From positions 14,817,360 through 14,881,359 of the forward strand of contig NC_043019.1 in the NCBI RefSeq assembly GCF_006345805.1: 64,000 nt of DNA, written 5' to 3'. Source of the DNA: Octopus sinensis (taxonomy: Eukaryota). The notes below the pieces were generated by a model. The model did no database searches. It had not been told where the DNA came from and saw only the letters and a list, made by a program, of their open reading frames with translations. This document shows, one piece after another, positions 51,654 to 64,000 of the stretch. A program made the position numbers and the translations under genes. The number at the start of each line of letters is the position of its first letter. Position 1 is the first letter of the stretch.

Positions 51654-53073
51654 CAAATTGAGATAAGGGTTGTAAATGCAACCCTCCACGGGATAACATA
51701 TATCCAATATACTGCTAGTGAAAAGGATTGCGATGCAATCAATTCATTTACTGTATTATATGGGCAGAGGTAAAATGATTTACCACAAATTACTAATACA
51801 GATAAGAAATGGAGAAATACATCTAAATCAATATCATTACCAGATAATACTCAATCACATACTTTATTAAACCACCACATAAGAGACTGTAGGGTTAACA
51901 TAAAAAGCAGAACAAATCAGTGTACATAAAGGAATGTACATAAAAAAGTGTACATAAAAGAGTAATGTTGTATAATAAGTAGAATAATAGTGAGCTGCAT
52001 CAAGAAATACAAGGTATATACAATATAATGGATGCAAACACATATAAATAGAACATTTGAATTTGTCATATTGTCAATAGGAATACATAATTGAATAAAA
52101 AGTGGTATTTACATTATTTTGCTGAATCCCTATATGTTTGTGTGTGTGTGTGTGTGTGTGTTTGAATAGATATGTGTGTTTTTTTGTGTATTAATGTATC
52201 TACTAAGAAAATAGGAAGGCATGCAGAGTCTTTGACAGCTGTTTCGAGAATAGCTATTCAGATCATGCATCTCCCTGTGTTATCTGAGCATCAATTCTCG
52301 AAACAGCTGTACTTCTTTCCTCCCTGCTTATGATATTTAATAATGTAAGTAGCCAACCTTCGTGTTTAACTTTCAAGTCTTCAAATTACTCTGCCGAATG
52401 TAAAGCTTATCTATTCACATTGTTTTGAATTAATCCTGTATTGTCTCATAGCTTTGAGATTTCAATGATGCTATTGTCTGTTTTTAGAATGGCTTTGTAG
52501 AGTAGGCTAGGCCTGGCCACTTTGAACCAAAAACAACAGACATAGTTGGGCTGGGTACGGCTGGTTTAATGCTAAAAGGTTTAATATATAAATGTCTTAA
52601 TCTAACCTAATACCAGTTGTTTTTTTTGGTTCTGCATTCATCCTATTGTGCATATACCTGCACCTGCTCAATGGAAAAAACACCTATAGCTGATTATCAT
52701 TAGGTAGTTATTACATTCCTGCTTTTAGCTGCACTATGAGAGCGAGTCTTAGGCAGCAAAACAACCTCAGCATTATTTGTATGTACCAATTACCTTGCAC
52801 CACCCAAGGTAATATTACCTGAATTATATATCTATATATGTATATATATGTGTGTGTGTATATATATATATATATATGTATAGATAGATAGATAGATGTA
52901 GATATATATAGGCGTAGGAGTGGCTGTGTGGAAAGTAGCTTGCTTACGAACCACATGGTTCCGAGTTCATTCCCACTGCATGGCAGCTTGGGCAAGTGTC
53001 TTCTCCTATAGCCTCGGGCCGACCAAAGCCTTGTGAGTGGATTTGGTAGACGGAAACTGAAAGAAGCCCGTCG

Positions 53074-53107
<34 letters not shown>

Positions 53108-53435
53108 ATATATATGTATGTCTGTGTTTGTCGCCCCAACATCGCTTGACAACCAATGCTGGTGTGTTTACGTCCCCGCAATGTAGCGGCTTGGCAAAAG
53201 GGGCCGATAGAATAGTACTAGGCTTACGATAAATAAGTCCTGGGGTCAATTTGTTCGATCAAAGGTGGTGCTCCAGCATGGCCACAGTCACATGACTGAA
53301 ACAAGTAAAAGAGTAAAGAGTATACATATACATATATATGCGTGTATGTGTGTGTGTATATATATATGTATATACATCTATGTATGTGCATGTGTATTTG
53401 TGTATGTGTGTGTGTGAATATATATAGATATATAT

Positions 53436-53490
<55 letters not shown>

Positions 53491-54123
53491 CACACATATA
53501 TATACATATACATACATTTCACACACAGACTGTATGATACATGTGTGAACAGCCTTGCTACTCTAAACTAAGAACGGAAATAAAAAATTAATAAATAAAA
53601 AAGCAATAGGGTTGGTTTCTTCAACTAAGCCTTCAATTTGGTGTTCTTGAATGGCTGCAGTCCAATGACTGAAGCAAGTAAAAGAAAACAATAACTCTGA
53701 GCACCTTTTCGAACTTCACCCGTCTAAACGTCCGTGGACATATTTACAAAGTCCGAAAACAGCACAGCTCCCATGACTTCAGGAAACTTTTTTTCACACT
53801 GAGAGTTGCTGAAGCATGGAACAAACTGCCAGCATCAGTTGTTAGTTGTCGGAACACTGCATCCTTCAAAACTTCCATGCTTCCTGAGATTCGCCAACAC
53901 TACACCTGATTTTCTCCCCTCCATACACACACGCAAGCATGTATCTGACTCATGCATTGTTCGCTTTCCAGACATTTGTACATTACTGCACACACTCTAT
54001 ATGCACTTTCTGACAAGTTGTGGTGTACCTGAGCACTGTATACAATAATTTCATTATTATTATTTAAAATGAATGAAAGACAGACTTTTGCTTCATGGAA
54101 AAGAGAGAGAGAGAGAGAGAGAC

Positions 54124-54154
<31 letters not shown>

Positions 54155-54166
54155 CAGAGGAAGAGT

Positions 54167-54204
<38 letters not shown>

Positions 54205-55409
54205 TAAAGTCATTTTTTGTAATTATCGAAGAGAAAATTATTTTGTTATGCCAATTAATATTTTACCCTCACAAGGAAGAATATAAATATTATAACGATC
54301 AATCTCATCTCATTTGTTGCTGAGTTTTTTTTATACCAGAGTTATTCAGCCATAACAGTTTTGGTTGACAGTTTTAACAATCTGAGAAAAACCTTTCTTT
54401 TCTAGGCCAATTTCTTGACATTCAGGCTTGGCTGTGTGGTTGTGCTTCACAAGCAGGTGGTTTCAGGTTCAAATTTATCATACGGCACCTTTGATAAGTG
54501 CCTTCTGGTACAGTCTCAGGCCAAACTATGTCTACTGAGTGAATTTGATTGATGGAAACTGTAGGAAGCATGACTAGGTGCAGGAGTGGCTGTGTGATAA
54601 GACACTTGTTTTTCGCAACCACATGGTTCTGGGTTCAGTCCCACTGCGTGGCACCTTGGGCAAGTGTCTTCTACTATAGCCTCGGGTCAACCAAAGCCTT
54701 GTGAGTGGATTTGGTAGACGGAAACTGTTGAATCCCATGAGTGAATTCCTTATGTGTTTAAAAGTACACTGTATTTTATGACTAATACATAGTCTTTGGA
54801 CTAAATTTTTACACGTTAGGCCACTGGAAAGGAAAATTTCTATTAATCTCCATTTTCCTTTGATATGATTATATATCATCATCATCATCGTTTAATGTCT
54901 GTTTTCCGTGCTAGCACGGGTTGGACGGTTCGACCAGGGTCTGGGAAGCCAGGAGCTGCACCAGGCTCCAGTCTGATCTAGCAGTGTTTCTACAGCTGGA
55001 TGCCCTTCCTAACGCCAACCACTCCGCGAGTGTAGAAGATTATATATATGAATATATATATATAACTCCAAGAAAGTTAGGGGTTGTGAGTCCAACCCAC
55101 CAAGGGATAATATCAATCCAATATAGTGTTGGTAGAATACCCAACTATTAATACACAAGTGTTTTTTATTAATTTATATTCATGTTTTTTAATAATTACT
55201 TGTATCCTTATTTTATATGTATAGAATAATATGTGATATGTACGTATGTTATAATTATCAGTTTAATAAATAAATAAATAAGTTAACATTTTTAATGTCC
55301 TAAAGTTGATGAACCAACTATTGTTCTCCTCCATTTTCTTATTTGCAATATATATTTCGTTTTTGGATTTGGTTTGCAAGATTCTTTATATGAGTTCGTG
55401 TGTTGAAGC

Positions 55410-55678
55410 ATATTCTGTTGTGTCTGGGGAGAGCCATTTTCTTTTTGTGCTGTTTGAGTTAACACACTCACCTGTAAAATTTCCACTTATTTCATATTTT
55501 TATTCTCCTAAAATTTTCGTTGCGTCTTGCAACCTTTTCAATACCCTTGAATATTGAAAAGGTTGCAACGAAAATTTTAGGAGAATAAAAATATGAAATA
55601 AGTGGAAATTTTACAGGTTAGTGTGTTAACTCAAAAGGCACAAAAAGAAAATGACTCTCCCCTGACACAACACAATAT
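55410..55678. repeat. ~270-bp palindrome (arms ~130 bp, 8-nt spacer 55544-55551); single-arm relative at ~16420-16555
   Basis: Direct reverse-complement comparison; a 7-nt indel and a few substitutions between arms. Confidence 0.9.
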
Positions 55679-55807
55679 ATATATATATATATTATACAAA
55701 AAGCAATAAAGATTCAAGTTAATTTAAATGATTTACTTGAATATGGTACCTAACTTAGATGCACCAAAAAAACTATACTGTTTTAACAATACAGTATGTG
55801 GGGTGAT

Positions 55808-56329
55808 TATAAGCGAGAAAGAAGCAACAAGAATGGATAGTTTTTAGTACAATCGTTTCATACAAGGATAGGCTTTATTAAAAGTTGTAAAAATTACAGC
55901 ATATAAACGTGTCCCGTACTCATCAGCTAAAATACATGTGAGTTCTCTAGACATCCGTGGTTAAGGCTATACTCATGAAGTAATGAAGATAATTAAGTAA
56001 CATAAACATATACAGATATCCAAAGTTCATTAAAGTTCTTTAAAGATGATGTACAGTCTTATCACAGAATTTCTGTGATAAGACTGTACATCATCTTTAA
56101 AGAACTTTAATGAACTTTGGAAATCTGTTTATGTTACTTAATTATCTACATTACTTCATGAGTATAGCCTCAACCACTAGGATGTCTAGAGAACTCACAT
56201 GTATTTTAGCTGATGAGTACGGGACACGTTTATATGCTGTAATTTTTACAACTTTTAATAAAGCCTGTCCTTGTATGAAACGATTGTACTAAAAACCTAT
56301 CCATTCTTGTTGCTTCTTTCTCGCTTATA
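55808..56329. repeat. ~520-bp near-perfect palindrome (arms ~260 bp, 1-nt spacer at 56070)
   Basis: ATCACAGAA-T-TTCTGTGAT centre; the arms match out to TATAAGCGAGAAAG / CTTTCTCGCTTATA with a few substitutions and small indels. Confidence 0.95.
56204..56294 (+). ncRNA. Minimal hammerhead motif (mirror copy on minus strand at 55842-55932)
   Basis: TTTTAG-CTGATGA-GTACGGGACA..TGTCCTTGTAT-GAA-ACGATTGT-A-CTAAAA; GUA triplet, near-palindromic helix III. Confidence 0.65.
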
Positions 56330-56974
56330 TATATATATATATACATACAAACGTACATATACATATATATATGTGTGTGTGTTTATGAAATATGTTACAT
56401 TGTATTGTTACATATAACACAATTACAGTTGAAAATAGAAAACGCAGCAGTTGTACCCGAAAGATTGGCAAATGTTGATTAAGGGGAGATAACCAACTTA
56501 TTTTAGTGAACAGAGGCAGACATTTGCTTTGGCTGAGATGATGATGTCTTGTTACATCTGGGGATTGCGATGAAGTAATACTCCAACAATATAAACTGAT
56601 GACAGTTGACTGTTGATTGCCACGGACATTCTGGTAGCGATTTAAGGAAGGCGAAAGGTAGGTAGATTTGTTGGTGACTTGTTTAACCAGATTCAAACAT
56701 CGCGCCATTTCTGAATCGAGGGGAAACCATTCATTTGTGAAGGGAAATTACTCAAATTTTCTACAGTATTTTTTTTTTTACTGGCATAGGCGTAGGAGTG
56801 GCTGTGTGGTGAGTAGCTTGCTTACGAACCACATGGTTCCGAGTTCATTCCAACTGCGTGGCACCTTGGGCAAGTGTCTTCTACTATAGCCTTGGGCTGA
56901 CCAACGTCTCGGGAGTGGATTTGGTAGACGGAAACTGAAAGAAACCCGTCGTATATATATATATATATATTATA

Positions 56975-57041
<67 letters not shown>

Positions 57042-57400
57042 TTTGTGTGTCTGTGTTTGTCTCCCTAGCATTGCTTGACAACTGTTGCTGGTGTGTTTAC
57101 ATCCCCGTAACTTAGCGGCTCGGCAAAAGTGACCGATAGAATAAGTACTAGGCTTACAAAGAATAAGTCCTGGGGTCGATTTGCTCGACCAAACGCAGTG
57201 CTCCAGTATGGCCGCAGTCAAATGACTGAAACAAGTAAAAGAGTAAAGAGAAACCTGTCCTACTGATTTCTTAGCTCATAACTTCCAGAAAAATGAATAT
57301 ATTATAATGAAATTTGCTACAAATACTTTTCAGAGTGCGTAGATTATATCAGAATTTAATATGAAAAAAAAAAAAAAAATCCCCTGGTGGGCTTATATAT

Positions 57401-57445
<45 letters not shown>

Positions 57446-58341
57446 TACATACTGACACACATCATATATATATTTCTTTACTGCCCACAAAAGGCTAAAC
57501 ACAGAAGGGACAAACAAGGACAGACAAACGGATTAAGTCGATTACATCGACCCCAGTGCGTAACTGGTATTTAATATATCGAACCAGAAAGGATGAAAGG
57601 CAAAGCCAACCTCGGCGGAATTTGAACTCAGAAGGTAGCGGCAGACGAAATACCGCTAAGCATTTCGCTCGGCGTGCTAACGTTTCTGCCCAGCTCGCCG
57701 CCTTACTGACACACATCATATATATCTACAAAGTGGACCTTGAAATTTCGAAAAAAACTGTGATGTGTGTCAGTATATACTGTAAATCCTCGAGTATAGT
57801 CCGCCCTTGAGTATAATACACAGAGGATTTTTAGGGGTCTGTACTTCTGAAAAACTCAAACCTTGTGTATAATACGCACCCCTTCTCTAACTTGAGTCAG
57901 AGAGGTCAATATAACGTCCTTGGTTTGTAAAAATGTATACGGTAACATCCTTTATTATTATTTTATATAAAACATAATGCAAACGTGTAGCTTTTTCGTG
58001 CAGAAAATTAAAAAAAAAGTAAAAGGTTTGATTTGTTGGAATAAACCCTTTAAAGCGATGCCCCAGCATGGCCGTAGTCTAATGACTGAAGCAAGTAAGA
58101 AAATAATTATTCACGCCTCTAAAACGTTTCAAGGGAAATAACAAGATTACGCAAGGGAGGTAACTAAGAAATAAATGCAAGGGAGACCACTTCAGATTTT
58201 CCCAGAGCACTTTTCGAACCTGGTTATTCGCACCCTTGAAATAGCAGCCAAACCAACCTCCAAGTACATTTTAGTGTCTTCAATGACTAGTGTTCTAATT
58301 GACTCAATCAACGGAACAACCTCATGAATGCACACACACCA

Positions 58342-58389
<48 letters not shown>

Positions 58390-58529
58390 ATACACACACA
58401 CACCCATACACACACACACACACACACACTCACACACACGCTCTCTCTCTCTCGCCCGCACGCACGTACACACACATACACACACCCAAACACATGAAGA
58501 CCCACTCACCTCTCATACACGCACATATA

Positions 58530-59175
58530 CGAGGGGTTACCCAAAAGCAACCGGAAAGGTTCTCTGTGGGACAAGCCCTTTGTAGTTGAGGCTTCTGCCG
58601 CTAGAACCCACTTGTTGCTTGAAGGCCAGTTTCGTTCAAGGTGTCTGTCGACCTCTCGAACGAATGAAGACATTATGAAAATTATCGAAATGCTCTTGGA
58701 GGCCCGTCACTGAAGAATTGACGAATTTGTTGACATGACTGGTATATCCTGGAGCTTTTGCCAACGAATTTTGAGCGAGGAATTGCGAATGAAAAGAATT
58801 GCAGCAAAATTTGTGCCTCGCTTGCTGATGGAAGATCAAAAGCAATCAAGACTGAATGTGTGCCATGAACTGAAAGAACAGTTGGAAGTTGATCCGGACC
58901 TTTCTGTTTTTTCAAAGGTCATCATTGGTGACAAGAGCTGGTGCTATGGAATTTGCGGATGTGGAAGAGGTGAAGAAAAAAACAAAAAACGACGGTAGCG
59001 TTAAAAGGTACCACTTCGCAAGAGTTCCAGCACTGCTTCAAATAATGGAAAACGCGTCTGGACCGATGCATTGCTTCAAATGGAGAATACTCTGAAGGCG
59101 ATAAAAGTGTAAACATGTAAAGCTAAGGGAATAAAATAACGTTGCAAAATTCTGGTTTCTTTGGGGTACCCCAGG
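58530..59175 (+). mobile_element. Deleted, decayed mariner element (second family)
   Basis: TA-CGAGGGGTTACCCAAAAG left TIR with a matching degenerate right TIR; AKFVPRLL..DQK..R and IIGDKSWCY, then CF..WK.R..RCI..NGEY C-terminus. Confidence 0.85.
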
Positions 59176-59484
59176 TACATCATAAATACGGACAAAGATT
59201 ACATTGATGAATATAACAAAAACCTAACAGTTAATAATATTGATTTCAAATTTTGGTGCAAGGCCAGCAACTTCGGGGGTAGCGGGTAAGTCGATTACAT
59301 CGATCTCGGTCCTCCACTGGTTTTCATTCTACTGACTCTCGAAAGGATGAAAGGCAAAGTCGACCTTGGCGGAATTTGAACTCAGAACGTGAAGACGAAC
59401 GAAATACTACTAAGCATTTCGCCGGGCTTGCTCACGATTCTGCCAGCTCGCTGCCTTTTAACAGTTAATGATATAAAATATAAG

Positions 59485-60272
59485 GCGGTGAGCTGGCAGA
59501 ATTGTTAGCACGCCGGGCGAAATGCTTAGCAGTATTTCGTCTGTCGCTACGTACTGAGTTCAAATTCCGCCAAGGTCGACTTTGCCTTTCATCCTTTCGG
59601 GGTCGATTAAATAAGTACCAGTTATGTACTGGGGTCGATGTAATCGACTTAATCCGTTTGTCTGATCTTGTTTATCCCCTCTGTGTTTAGCCCCTTGTGG
59701 GTAAGAAAGAAATAGGTATTTCGTCTGCCGTTACGTTGTGAGTTCAAATTCCGCCGAGGTCGACTTTACCTTTCATTCTTTCGGGGTCGATAAATTAAGT
59801 ACCAGTGACGCTCTGGGGTCGATATAATCGACTTAATCCCTTTGTCTGTCCTTGTTTGTCCTCTCTGTGTTTAGTCCCTTGTGGGTAGTAAAGAAATAGG
59901 TATTTCGTGTGCAGCTACGTTCTGAGTTCAAATTCCACCGAGGTCGACTTTATCTTTCCTCATTTCGAGGTCGATTAAATAAGTACCAGTTACGCACTGG
60001 GGTCGATATAATCGACTTAATACCTATGTCTGTCCTTGTTTGTCCTCTCTGTGTTTAGCCTCTTGTGGGTAGTAAAGAAATAGGTATTTCGTGTGCCGCT
60101 ACGTTCTGAGTTCAAATTCCGCCGAGGTCGACTTTACCTTTCATCCTTTCGGGGTCGATTAAATAAGTACCAGTGACGCACTGGGGGCGATATAATCGAC
60201 TTAATCCGTTTGTCTGTCCTTGTTTGTCCCTTCTGTGTTTAGCCCCTTGTGTGTAGTAAAAGAAATAGGTAT
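59485..60272 (+). mobile_element. SINE family B: one head plus four ~184-bp tandem body units
   Basis: GGTATTT junctions at 59715, 59899, 60083, 60268. Other copies: 4985-5211+, 13975-14180-, 22072-22230+, 25175-25682-, 36955-37428+, 50950-51168+, 57470-57704-, 59240-59457-. Confidence 0.9.
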
Positions 60273-60652
60273 TTATAAAATATGAGTTGGTGTACGCTTA
60301 TGAGCGGTGAGTTCTAATATTTCGGGCAGAGAAAACACTTCTTCAGAGAATTTTGAGAAATGAAGCGTTTTGCTCGAAACAAAAGGCAAGCACACACCAT
60401 TTCTCTCAGCGCACCAAGTTATCGCATTTTGCTAATCGTTACAGTAGAACATTGACAAGGTTAGTCGTCTGCTTACATTCAAATTATTTGGGTCGTTATG
60501 ATAGGTTTCTGCTACTTTCAAGAGTCGAGAATACTCATGAATTTGTCGATGTAATTTCGAGACAGCGATGTCTTTCGTTAGCTTTGTCTCTCTTTCTTTT
60601 TCTGTGGAGATAACTCGATCACTTTTCTAGCTGTCACTCTTGATCAACTACC

Positions 60653-60747
<95 letters not shown>

Positions 60748-61213
60748 GATCGATCTATCTCATTTACACTTTCTTCTAATCCTCCTAATCCCCTTCTCTC
60801 TCTCTCTCTCCACACATACACACACAACACTTTCTCTCTCTCTTCCCCCACCCTATACATGCCCTAAGAAAAAGTCAAGATTAATCAGCCGAAATGGCGA
60901 AGGAATGATCCGGTTCTTGACTGAAGATTGAAGGCCTTCGAATGACCCGTCGTCCGTGTTTTTTGTATCGTCTTCTAAATGTTTTTCGGTTCTTGTCCCA
61001 GTTTGTATTTTTCTACATATAATATATATATATATTATATATATATATATATACATGCACACACACACACACACACACACCACACCCCGCACACACCGTA
61101 TAGTTTGTAAAACCAATCCATCCCGTCTCTCTTGTCTCTACTTTTGACGATGAAAAGATACAAAAAACTTCACGCGCAAGTTTAGATTCCTCAAAATCCA
61201 CACATCACCACCT

Positions 61214-61313
61214 NNNNNNNNNNNNNNNNNNNNNNNNNNNNNNNNNNNNNNNNNNNNNNNNNNNNNNNNNNNNNNNNNNNNNNNNNNNNNNNNNNNNNNN
61301 NNNNNNNNNNNNN
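61214..61313. other. Assembly gap (100 N)
   Basis: Run of N. Confidence 1.
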
Positions 61314-61395
61314 AAGGGTAATGAATCTCACTTCTGATAGGACCCTGTATGTATGTATGCATGTATGTATGTATGTATGTATGTATGTATGTATG

Positions 61396-61426
<31 letters not shown>

Positions 61427-61508
61427 TTGGTATAGGATAAAATTTTTTTGGGGAAAAAATTTTTATCAATGGCCAGCATATAAGTATTTCATATATATCT
61501 CGCGTATG

Positions 61509-61567
61509 TGCCGCTGAAGAGGGGAAAATTTCTTGTGAATTAACCCCGAAATTGGACCAATACGGTG
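61509..61567 (+). ncRNA. Type I hammerhead ribozyme motif with complete catalytic core
   Basis: TGCCG-CTGAAGA-GGGG..CCCC-GAA-ATTGGACCAAT-A-CGGTG: helix I, core, helix II, GAAA, self-complementary helix III and an AUA triplet are all present. Confidence 0.75.
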
Positions 61568-61706
61568 ATAACGAATTTTTTAGAGATTTCTATCGGTTTG
61601 TTTCGAGACGCATAAATTTAATGGTTATCGACAATTTTTTGTTTCGGGTATCTGGCATTAGAATTTTTCTTCTGCCCTATCTTGTAAAGTATATATATAT
61701 ATATAT

Positions 61707-61770
<64 letters not shown>

Positions 61771-61829
61771 GATATAATATATATATGCATATATATGTGT
61801 GGTATATACCCTGGATTTGGATAAAACAA

Positions 61830-62040
61830 AATACAGGAGATCAGTTCATTATGATTTTATTCAACATATTCCCCTCAGATTCACACACTTATTGCAGCGG
61901 CCCTTCAGTTTTTCTAAGCCCTGTAAAAGAAATCGGAAGGTTGCGTATTCAAGCAAGCCTTTCGTGATACTCTTAAAGCCGGGAGCTTTTCAACACAACC
62001 TTGTACAGTAAGATTCTTTAAGTCTAAGTCTGAAAACCAA
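61830..62040 (-). mobile_element. Mariner transposase C-terminal remnant
   Basis: Minus strand reads QGLEKLKGRCNKCVNLRG(EYVE*) with a frameshift. Confidence 0.55.
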
Positions 62041-62449
62041 GTCAACGGAGAGGGGTTATGCTCTTGTATAGACTAGTCAGAAAGCTTATGACCTCAGTTG
62101 TTCCAGCACCAAAATTTTCAGTCTTAGAGAGAGGGATTCAGTGAGAGAAAGAAAGAAAGAAATAAAGAAAGAAAGAGAGAAAGATAGATAGATAGATAGT
62201 AGATAGATAGAGGGAGAGAGGACATTTTTTAAGTGGTCTTAAAAAAGGGCTACGAAGTTTGGGAAGTGCAATTCCTGTTGTCTGCTCAAGACTCTGGTAC
62301 AAGACATTTCCTCAAGGTGAGCAAGCCGAAGCTTTGAAGTCACTGCCAAACTTTTCCTTGTTTAATTAACATCTACAATACATTATAAGTATGCTGATAG
62401 CCACAACAGGTTATTGGTACTTCTGTACCAACGTAGAATTACTATATAT

Positions 62450-62518
<69 letters not shown>

Positions 62519-62548
62519 GATATAGATATATATATATATATGTATATA

Positions 62549-62581
<33 letters not shown>

Positions 62582-63021
62582 GTGTGTGTGTATATATATA
62601 TGTATGTATATATATGTCTGTATATATATTTGTATATATATACGTCTGTATGTATATGTATGTATATATCTGTATATATACGTCTGTATATATGTATATA
62701 TGTATGTATGTATATATATATATGTCTGTATGTATATAAATTTATGTCTGCATACATCCATATGCGTTTGTCTATGTGTTATATGTTGGGGGTCTGTGTA
62801 TGTGTGTGTTTTTGTGCATGTGTGTGCTTATATATATATATAGATGTGTGTGTGTGTGTGTGAGACCATAGCTAATATAGCAAGGACCAAGGGATCAGTC
62901 CAGAGCGATTAAGACAACCTCACACGTAGAATGAAGCAGTTTAATGCAGTTGCGTTGCCAGGAAACAGCGAAGTGTGTCAATGTTGTGCGAGTGCGCGTA
63001 TGTAGAAGAGCGAGTATGCAT

Positions 63022-63066
<45 letters not shown>

Positions 63067-63200
63067 ACTTGTGGGGAACCAATTGTTACTAGTAAGGACC
63101 AATGAACTGAAAATATTAAATTAAAACGAAAATACGTTCGGTAATTGCATACAGAAGGCGAGGTGCTCACACAGGCTTCTGTTTACATAAACAAATATAC

Positions 63201-63235
<35 letters not shown>

Positions 63236-64000
63236 CGTGTGTGTGTGTGTGGAGGCACATGGTCTAGTGGTTAGATCAGCGATCGAGGGATCGCGGGTTC
63301 AAATCTCAGACCGGGCGATGTGTGTGTTTATGAGTGAAAACACCCTAAGCTCCACGCGGCTCCGGCAGCAGGTAATGGCGAACTTCTGCTGACTCTTTCG
63401 CCACAACTTTCTCTCATCTTTCTCTTCCTCACTGATCTGCAGCTCACCTGCGACGGACCGGTGTCCTGTCCAGGTGGGGAACCTATACACCAAAGAAACC
63501 GGAAACCGGCCCTAATGAGCCAGGCGTGGCTCGAGAAGGAACAAACAATATATATATATATATATAAATAAACACTGGCTGGCCCGAAAGTAGGTTTACA
63601 GCAATCACATAAGTACTTTCAATTTCTTTTAAAACATTTTATTACATTTAAAGTTCTCTTACACACTGAAGATGGAGCTTGAGAAAATTAATTAAATTAG
63701 CATAGAATAATGGTTTAATTTTTTCTTATATAATTAAGATCTAATTAAGATAGGCGCAGGAGTGGCTGTGTGGTAAGTAGCTTGTTTACCAACCACATGG
63801 TTCCGGGTTCAGTCCCACTGCGTGGCACCTTGGGCAAGTGTCTTCTACTATAGTTTCGGGCCGACCAAAGCCTTGTGAGTGGATTTGGTAGACGAAAACT
63901 GAAAGAAGCCCGTGGTATATATGTATATATATATTTGTGTGTGTGTGTGTGTGTGTTTGTGTGTCTGTGTTTGTTCCCCTAGCATTGCCTGACAACCGAT

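Noticed and set aside
56325-56780. 127-aa minus-strand ORF in unique sequence, and CTGATGA at ~56597
   Set aside because: No recognisable domain or splice context, the ORF ends in microsatellite, and no GAAA follows the hairpin.
60915-60955. CTGAAGA...CGAATGAC[C/T]CGTC motif (also ~17440-17480) as a hammerhead
   Set aside because: It has GAAU rather than GAAA and no convincing helix I. The recurrence is noted, but it is not callable.

Overview
Repeat-dense animal genomic DNA, most likely an octopus or related coleoid cephalopod (inferred from the SINE families and the extreme TA/CA/TACA/AAT microsatellite load). There is one 100-N gap at 61214-61313. Two protein-coding genes can be reconstructed by hand, both on the minus strand. 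(1) The first three coding exons of DNA polymerase delta subunit 2 (POLD2; 3725-3503, 1187-1066, 201-78, continuing off the left edge), with E2F and ETS motifs just upstream. (2) A six-exon, ~370-aa single-pass membrane protein: signal peptide, one NIDO domain, TM helix and Pro-rich tail (42100 to 11092). An orphan late POLD2-type exon lies on the PLUS strand at 8649-8750, upstream of and opposite to POLD2 itself. The rest is SINEs (at least four families), RTE/CR1/Tx1/R4-like LINE and Gypsy fragments, mariner, hAT, piggyBac-type and Helitron-type non-autonomous elements, fold-back MITEs and micro/minisatellites. The most striking unexplained signal is a set of minimal hammerhead-ribozyme motifs with self-complementary helix III, carried by several unrelated short repeats usually next to (TA)n or other simple repeats. 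One has an apparently complete core (61509-61567) and another is duplicated inside a ~520-bp near-perfect palindrome. This looks like a Penelope-like/retrozyme-type layer of the genome. Most ORFs in the supplied track are microsatellite or repeat artefacts.
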